From the NCBI GenBank assembly GCA_964016885.1, contig OZ024761.1, forward strand, positions 29,946,001 through 30,010,000: a stretch of DNA of 64,000 bases, written 5' to 3'. This stretch comes from Eledone cirrhosa (lineage: Eukaryota). Below, piece after piece: positions 55,622 through 64,000 of the stretch; positions within the stretch are counted from its first letter, which is position 1, and the number at the start of each line of letters is the position of its first letter. Both the position numbers and the translations under genes were made by a program. The notes under the pieces are model-generated. The model was not told the DNA's origin. It saw only the letters and a list, made by a program, of their open reading frames with translations, and made no database searches.

Positions 55622-56416
55622 CAGATATAACTTTATCACATACAAGAGGTTTGGGGGAGTAAAATACAGGGTGGCCGAAAAGTCACACAGGGTTTTTAGT
55701 TTTTATTAACTTCCTGAATTGTACAGATTGATGTATGAAATGTTGATACAAGGTTAACTTTGCCTTTCATCCTTACGGGGTCGATAAAATAAAGTACCAG
55801 TAATGCACTGGGTAATTGCTGGTCTTGTGCCAAATAGTAGAAACAATTATTTTGCATGGATTGGCAGTATCGGAAGAGGGTCGGACGCCATGCTTTGCAG
55901 CAAAGAGTAGCGGCCCTTTATGGTCTAAGTTCAAATCCCGCCGAGGTTAACTTTGCCTTTCATCCTTACGGGGTCTATAAAATAAAGTACCAGTAATACA
56001 CTGGGATAATTGCTGGCCTTGTGCCAAAAGTAGAAACAATTATTTTGCACTCGTCAATCCTTGTCACACCTCTACATTACTTATGTAAAATTACATCTTT
56101 CAAATAATTATTGGGGGAGGTGGGGGGGGGGATGCCCTCCTGGAGCCTCCAGTTCCACAGACCCTGGTATATGTATATATTTATTTACAACAAAGTAGTT
56201 TGAAAGCGAACTAGAGAACTTGTTAACCACCCAACCACACCCATGTCCACGTCTACCGCGGCACTATAAATATAAGGTGTAAGGAGACACGGTGGCAGAA
56301 ATATGTAAATCTCTTTAGTTTGTAACATTAGATGTTTGCGGGATCTGAATTCCTACACAGGGTACCTTAGTTTGGGCTGTGTGTATGTCTTTGTGTGTCA
56401 CACACACACACTACAC

Positions 56417-56482
<66 letters not shown>

Positions 56483-56721
56483 ACATATATATTTACATAT
56501 ATCTATAATTACACAAACACGCACAAATATGTGTGTATGTATATGTGTATGGGTCTGTATGTATATATTGCGTCGTCAAGTATGAAATGTGTAGAAATAC
56601 GTAGAAAAAGAAGAAATTTCTACAAATTTCATACTTGATACCCAATACATATGTGTGTATGTATATATGTGTATGGGGGCTGTGAATATATACATATACA
56701 TATGTGTGTGTGGGTGCGTGC

Positions 56722-56752
<31 letters not shown>

Positions 56753-56949
56753 TGTACGCATATATAGTATAGAAATTATAAAGAAGTTTAAGACTTTACA
56801 CGTGTTTCAACAAATGAAATGTAATGCATGCGGTAAATGGGAAATGTCGTTAAGCTGCATTGAGGGTGGTTTCTTCTCTGAAAACCTCATATTCAGCTCT
56901 CCTAAGATTTTTTTTTTACCACTGTAGGAATGAAGCCATACATTCAGAT

Positions 56950-57170
56950 TTTTCTTTGTTGAACTTTTAATGAAACTTTTGGAAGATCATAAAATTCTAC
57001 ATTTGTTACATGGCTTCTCCATGACACATTCTGGTGTAGCAGCCATCTGTTTCTTTATGTGTCCATGTATCTGCTCCATAAAGCAAAAGAGATTCTACTG
57101 TAGCCATGAACAATCTAACTTTCAGTCATCTTGGTAGCTCTTTAAAAACAGGGTCGTTTGAAGAGAGTGA
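56950..57170 (-). mobile_element. Degraded RTE-like LINE fragment
   Basis: Reverse strand reads LKVRLFMATVESLLLYGADTWT...DGCYTRM. Confidence 0.7.
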
Positions 57171-58375
57171 AAGTGCCGGCCAAATTGATCTACCATGTAA
57201 ATACTTGAATACAAGATGGTAAATGTGTGGTATGGTAAATACATATTACAATATACCAGGGTCGGTGGAACTGGAGGTTCCAGGGAGGCATTTCACCACC
57301 CCCCCCCCCCCCCCCCCCACCACCACCAATAATTATTTGAAAATTGTTTCTACTTTTGGCACAAGGCCAGCAATTACCCAGTGGATTACTGGTACTTTAT
57401 TTTATCGACCCCGTAAGGATGAAAGGCAAAGTTAACCTCGACAGGACTTGAACACAGATCGTAAAGGGACATAACTATGCTGGAAAGCATGTCCGACTCT
57501 CTACCGATACTGCAAAATAATGTCCTTTAAGTTGTATCAAAATTTCATACATCAACCTGTACAATTCAGGAAGTTAATAAAAACTAAAACCCCTGTGTGA
57601 CTTTTGAGCCACTCTGTATTTTACTCCCCAAACTACCAAAACATACATCAATTGGGCAAATTGAATTAGGGTTTGGAAGGGATTGGAAATATAATAAATA
57701 TGTAAATTATATTCTAGATGTAAGAGGTAATGAATCACTATCTCCTTACGGACAACTGACACACGAGCCGAACTCCCACTGTCATCGCCTCCATCTCTCT
57801 CGCCCTCCCCATCTCTTATGAGCAAATGGGGTCCCACGTGTTGGCCGCCCCACAGCCCCAGCTTGAATGCAAGCCTGACGGATAGCGACCGTACGATTAA
57901 TGTACATGTTATGTTTATCGCATCAGCGCCTATGGTGGTGAGTAGGGAGGTAACCCTAGGGCCAAGGACTCCAGAATTCTAAACTGCGAGGGGCTCGACT
58001 GCAAACCTGTCGGAGAACAACCGTACGATTTATCTAGATGTTATATTTATCGCATACCAAAGATTTTTTTTATATCTTGGTTGATATTTGATAATAACAG
58101 CTAAACTAATTAATCACTACAACTAAATTGACTAAATTTTCCCCTTCCAACCAATTCTAAAATGCTTTCACCGCCGCTGTGTACACCGGATCCGAACATA
58201 AAGGAACCAAACTCCGACTGTCACTGTTTCTGTATATCTGTCATATCTGTTTCTGTATATCTGGAGCTCCATATCTTTCTTAATTTATGGTAAGACAGCT
58301 GTCTACGCTAGAAGTTTTCTTACGAACAAGTCTTTTTCAGAACTTTGGGAACAGGATCTGAGATATGTTTAGTTA

Positions 58376-59159
58376 TCACACATACACACTCACACTCACA
58401 CACACATACACACTCACACTCACACATACATACATACACAAACACACACACATACATAGACACACACACACGTATACACATACACATATTCACACACACA
58501 CATACACTCTCTCGCACATACACACAATCACACTCACACATACACACATACATACGTATACACATACACACACATACACATATTCACACACACACACACA
58601 CGTATACACATACACATATTCACACACACATACACTCACACATACATAGACACACACACGTATACACATACACATATTCACACACACACACACACACACA
58701 CACGTATACACATACACACATTCACACACACACATACACTCACACATACATAGACACACACACGTATACACATACACATATTCACACACACACACATACT
58801 CTCTCGCACATACACACAATCACACTCACACATACATACGTATACACATACACACACGTACACATATTCACACACACACACACACACGTATACACATACA
58901 CATATTCACACACACACATACACTCACACATACATAGACACACACACGTATACACATACACATATTCACACACACACATATACTCTCTCGCACATACACA
59001 CAATCATACTCACACATACATACGTATACACATACACACACATACACTCACACATACATAGACACACACACATATTCACACACACACATATACTCTCTCG
59101 CACATACACACAATCACACTCACACATACATACGTATACACATACACACACATACACAT

Positions 59160-59207
<48 letters not shown>

Positions 59208-60600
59208 ATACACATTCACACACACACACATACACTCACACATACATAGACACACACGTATACACATACACATATTCACACACACACATACACTCTCTCG
59301 CAGATACACACAATCACACTCACACATACACACATACATACGTATACACATACACACACATACACATATTCACACGCACACACACACGTATACACATACA
59401 CATATTCACACACACATACACTCACACATACATAGACACACACACACATACACATATTCACACACACACACACACACACGTATACACATACACACATTCA
59501 CACACACACATACACTCACACATACATAGACACACACGTATACACATACACATATTCACACACACACATATACTCTCTCGCACATACACACAATCACACT
59601 CACACATACATACGTATACACATACACACACATACACATATTCACACACACACACACACGTATACACATTCACACACACACATACACTCACACATACATA
59701 GACACACACACGTATACACATACACATATTCACACACACACATATACTCTCTCGCACATACACACAATCACACTCACACATACATACGTATACACATACA
59801 CACACATACACATATTCACACACACACACACACACACGTATACACATATTCACACACACACACGTATACACATACACACACACACAAACACTCACACATA
59901 CATAGACACACACACGTATACACATACACATATTCACACACACACACGTATACACATACACACACACACATACACTCACACATACATAGACACACACACG
60001 TATACACATACACATATTCACACACACACATATACTCTCTCGCACATACACACAATCACACTCACACATACATACGTATACACATACACACACGTACACA
60101 TATTCACACACACACACACACACACGTATACACATACACACATTCACACACACACACACTCACACATACATAGACACACACACGTATACACATACACATA
60201 TTAACACACACACACACACGTATACACATACACACATTCACACACACACATACACTCACACATACATAGACACACACACGTATACACATACACATATTCA
60301 CACACACACACATATACACATACACACATTCACACACACACACATTCACACACACACATACACTCACACATACATAGACACACACACGTATACACATACA
60401 CATATTCACACACACACATATACTCTCTCGCACATACACACAATCACACTCACACATACATACGTATACACATACACACACATACACATATTCACACACA
60501 CACACACACACACACGTATACACATTCACACACACACACACACACATACACACACGTATACACATACACACATACACACACATACACACAATCACACTCA
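58376..60600. repeat. (CA)n-based compound satellite with higher-order units
   Basis: Recurrent ctctctcgcacatacacacaatcacactc and cacgtatacacatacacatattc. Confidence 0.93.
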
Positions 60601-60744
60601 TATCCCCAACCCCACCGCCACACACACACAACCCACCCCACAAGGTTCAATATTTGACAATAACCTTATGGTGTTTATATCTAGTAACAGTCCTTGATAG
60701 TACATATGATAGATAGCCAGGGAGTTATGTGTCAACTACTTTAT

Positions 60745-61550
60745 AGTGGTGGTGGTGGTGGTGTGGGGGTGGTGTGGTGTTGTTGTTGTTGGTGGTGGTG
60801 GTGTTAGTGGTGGTGTTGGGTGGTGTGGGGTGTGGGGGGGTGTATTGATGTGGTGGTGGTGGTGTGGTGGTGGTGGTGGTGTGGGGGTTGTGGTGTGGTG
60901 GTGGTTGGGGGGGGGGGGGGGGGGGGGTGATTGTGGTGTGGTGGTTGTGGTGTGGTGGTGGTGGTGGCTGTGGTGGTGGTGTGGTGGGGGTGGTTGTGAT
61001 GGTGGTGGTGGTGTGGTGGTGGTATTGGTAGTGGTTGTGGTGTTGGTGGTGTTGGTGGTGGCGGTTGTGGTGTTGGTGGTTGTGGTTGTGGTGGTGGTGT
61101 TGGTGGTGGTTGTGGTGGTTGTGGTGGTGGTGGTGGTTGTGGTTATGGTGGTGTGGTGGTGTTGATGGTGGTGTGGTGGTGTTGTTGTTGTTGGTGGTGG
61201 TGGTGGTTGTGGTGGTTGTGGTGGTGATGGTGGTGGTGTTGATGGTGGTGTGGTGGTGTTGGTGGTGGTGGGGGTTGCGGTGTGGTGGTGGTGGTTGTGG
61301 TGGTGGTGTGGTAGTGGTGGTGTGGTGGTGTGGTGGTGGTATTGGTAGTGGTTGTGGTGGTGTTGGTGGTGGTGTGGTGGTGGGGGTTGTGGTGTGGTGG
61401 TGGTGGTTGTGGTGGTGGTGTGGTGGTGGTGTGGTGGTGGTGGTGTGGTGGTGTGGTGCTGGTGGTATTGGTGTTGATGGTGGTGGTGGTGGTTGTGGTG
61501 GTGGTGGTTGTGGTTGTGGTTGTGGTGGTGGTGGTGGTGGTGGTGCTGGT
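60745..61550. repeat. (GGT)n-rich tract; similar (TAG/GGT)n tracts at 26900-27480 and 49745-50195
   Basis: Direct inspection. Confidence 0.95.
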
Positions 61551-61752
61551 TGGCAGATAGGTAGGTGAGTAGATAGATAGCCTGGTAGGTATGTGGGTAC
61601 ATAGGTAGATGGGTAGGGGAGTAGAAAGAGAGAGGGTGTGGGGGATATATTACAATTATATTGTGTTAATAATTCCAATATAACTAATTATGAAGAATGA
61701 AGGTAACACATGGTCTTTGTAGACACACACGTGTGAGTATGTATATATAGAC

Positions 61753-61783
<31 letters not shown>

Positions 61784-61795
61784 CAGAGAGAGAGA

Positions 61796-61871
<76 letters not shown>

Positions 61872-62410
61872 GTGTGTGTGTGATGGTGGTAGTGTGAATA
61901 TATATGCATATATTGAGTCGAAATTTGTAGAATTTTTTTTTTTCTACAAATGTCTACAAATGTTATACTTGATGACCCAGTATATATGCGTATGTGTGTA
62001 TATATATTTATATATATGTTTGTGTGTAGACTTAGTTGTTCAAAGGGGAGAAAGAAAACTCAATACCTGTAAAGAGTGATGTATAAATAGTCTAACTGTG
62101 AACTTATACCACAGTGACTCGAGGACCAGGAGTTTTTGGGCATTAAAAGGGCGGTGAATTGGCAGTATCGGTAGAAGGTTGGAAGCCATTCTTTCTAGCA
62201 TAGTTACGTCCCTTTACGGTCTGAGTTCAAATCCCGGCGAGCTTAACTTTGGCCTTTCATCCTTATGGAGTCGATAAAAGAAAGTGCCATTAATGCACTG
62301 GGATAATTGCTGGCCTTGTGCCAATAGTAGAAACAATTATACATATATATATATATATATAATATTAAGGATACTATTTATGGTTATGTATATACTAAAA
62401 CTTTTTATAG

Positions 62411-62487
<77 letters not shown>

Positions 62488-62762
62488 ACAAAGATAAAAC
62501 ATTAGCACAGATTTAGCAAAATATGTTTTTCACACGGGGGGAATGGCTTATATATATATATATATATATATGAAAACAGGGGGAAAGAGACGATTATGAG
62601 GAAAATTATTTTTTTCCTTTTTTTATCTCTCCCTCTCTCTTTTCTGGGTTAGAAAATGATTAAAACGAAATGTTTTACTTTGTGTGAAGTGTTAAGGTAT
62701 TAGTTGATTTATTTATTATTTAACAATGGTATTTATTTATCTATTTATATATTTAATTATTG

Positions 62763-62805
62763 TCTATTACCGGTTTCTGCATTTATATGCATTATCAAAT
62801 GATAG
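62763..62805 (-). ncRNA. Hammerhead motif with U3-A8 core variant
   Basis: Reverse complement: tcat TTGATAA tgcat-ataa-atgca GAA ACCGGT A atag. Related copy at 32474-32511 (+). Confidence 0.68.
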
Positions 62806-63299
62806 TGAAATGTATTAGTGTGGTGTCGCACATATAGGTATGTATGCATTATTGTGTAGCTATGTAAGAAATATCCCAACTGTTCTCTCATCCTGTGTAA
62901 AATGTTTGTAATATAGAAAGATTAATTACTTTACATACAAGATTAAAAAACTCTTTATATATATATATATATATATATAATATAAAATCAAAAGATGGTT
63001 AAAAGAGTTCCAAGTATTTTATTATGCGCATTTCAAAAACAAATATCATCATTGGATCATATCTGCGTTCTCATAAGATAAAATAAGGAGACATGATATG
63101 AAGCTTAAAAAACACTTGTGAGTAGTGAAATTTTAAATCATCATATGATATGTTGATTTAAAACTTCACTATTCACAAGTGTTTTTAAGCTTCATATCAT
63201 GTCTGCCTGCTTTTGACAACCACTCATTATCAAATACACATACATATATACACACACTCATAGACTCAATATTAAGATATTAAGATAGTAGAAAGACCA

Positions 63300-64000
63300 T
63301 GTACATCCATAAAAAACACTTATTATCAATGCATACCCTTTTCAAAGACCTCCCTGTATAGATAATAAATGTATAATCTGTAAATTAAGCCTACATATTA
63401 ACTGTAAAACTAGAAATGTAGTGTATAGCATAAGATGTACTGAAGGACAATGTAGAGATAAGAATATAGTGTACATAGGTGAGACAGCTCGTAGTATAGG
63501 GGAACGGATAAATGAACACTGGCGACAGCTTCAAGATAGTAAAGAATCATCTCTACTCCACCAACATGCTAAAATAGAATATAAGGCTAAATTAGAGAAC
63601 ATAGAAATAAAAATAGAATCTACACACAGAAAAGACGCAATGTTTAGACAAATCACAGAAGCAATAAACATAAATGAACTCCAACCAAAATTAAATAGAA
63701 AACATGAATGGAACAGCAACATCACAACTTACAATTAAGGACAAAATGAAAACACACACACACATAGAACAACCAACCAACCAGTAACATGTAAATAAAC
63801 AAACAAATAAACAAATATAAACACACACAGACACCCGGATGTAACACATGCGCAAACTAAGCACACAACACACACAAAAACAAGATGGTGTAGGGCAGAA
63901 CAAAGGAGAGGCACAAAAATAAAGAAAAGAATCCCAGTCACTGAAGAGGACACAGAATGTGTGACGAAAGAACTTTGACAATATAGGAACAATCGTCTGG
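63300..64000 (+). mobile_element. Penelope-like element 3' end: GIY-YIG endonuclease remnant plus pseudo-LTR
   Basis: Encodes NCKTRNVVYSIRCTEGQCRDKNIVYIGETARSIGERINEH...FRQITEAININELQPKLNRKHEW, followed by a hammerhead motif at 63937-63979. Confidence 0.9.
63937..63979 (+). ncRNA. Minimal hammerhead motif in Penelope pseudo-LTR
   Basis: gtca CTGAAGA ggacaca-gaa-tgtgtgac GAA AG-aa-CT T tgac. Confidence 0.72.

Noticed and set aside
60725-61678. Pro/His/Thr-rich extensin- or mucin-like ORFs (also 49655-50334)
   Set aside because: Trinucleotide repeat tracts open in multiple frames on both strands, with no splice or domain support.
62064-62143. Minus-strand ATG...AG|gtattg as the ALP first exon
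   Set aside because: The peptide is not a hydrophobic signal sequence and the intron phase does not fit.

Overview
AT-rich, microsatellite- and SINE-dense metazoan DNA. The repeat landscape suggests an octopus-like cephalopod, which is an inference. Two host genes converge tail-to-tail. On the + strand is the last coding exon of an SRSF1/ASF-SF2-type splicing factor (1280-1465) followed by a probable long 3' UTR. On the - strand is a GPI-anchored alkaline phosphatase, for which 9 coding exons were hand-spliced between 48512 and 18808. Its metal and catalytic motifs are present, but the most 5' exon found carries two apparent 1-nt deletions, and the signal-peptide exon was not found. Introns and intergenic DNA hold two tRNA-derived SINE families, Tx1/L1-, CR1- and RTE-like LINE remnants, Penelope GIY-YIG remnants, piggyBac/Tc1/pogo-type MITEs, non-autonomous Helitron-like elements, SINE-related minisatellites and a 200-N gap. 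The most striking unexplained signal is a dense set of about 20 minimal hammerhead-ribozyme-like motifs from several sequence-unrelated families between 31 and 64 kb. Many have palindromic stem III, some show the U3-A8 core covariation, and several sit in fold-back (inverted) cassettes inserted in (TA)n tracts. A few are in the sense orientation of the alkaline phosphatase pre-mRNA. Most long ORFs in the supplied track are microsatellite artefacts.
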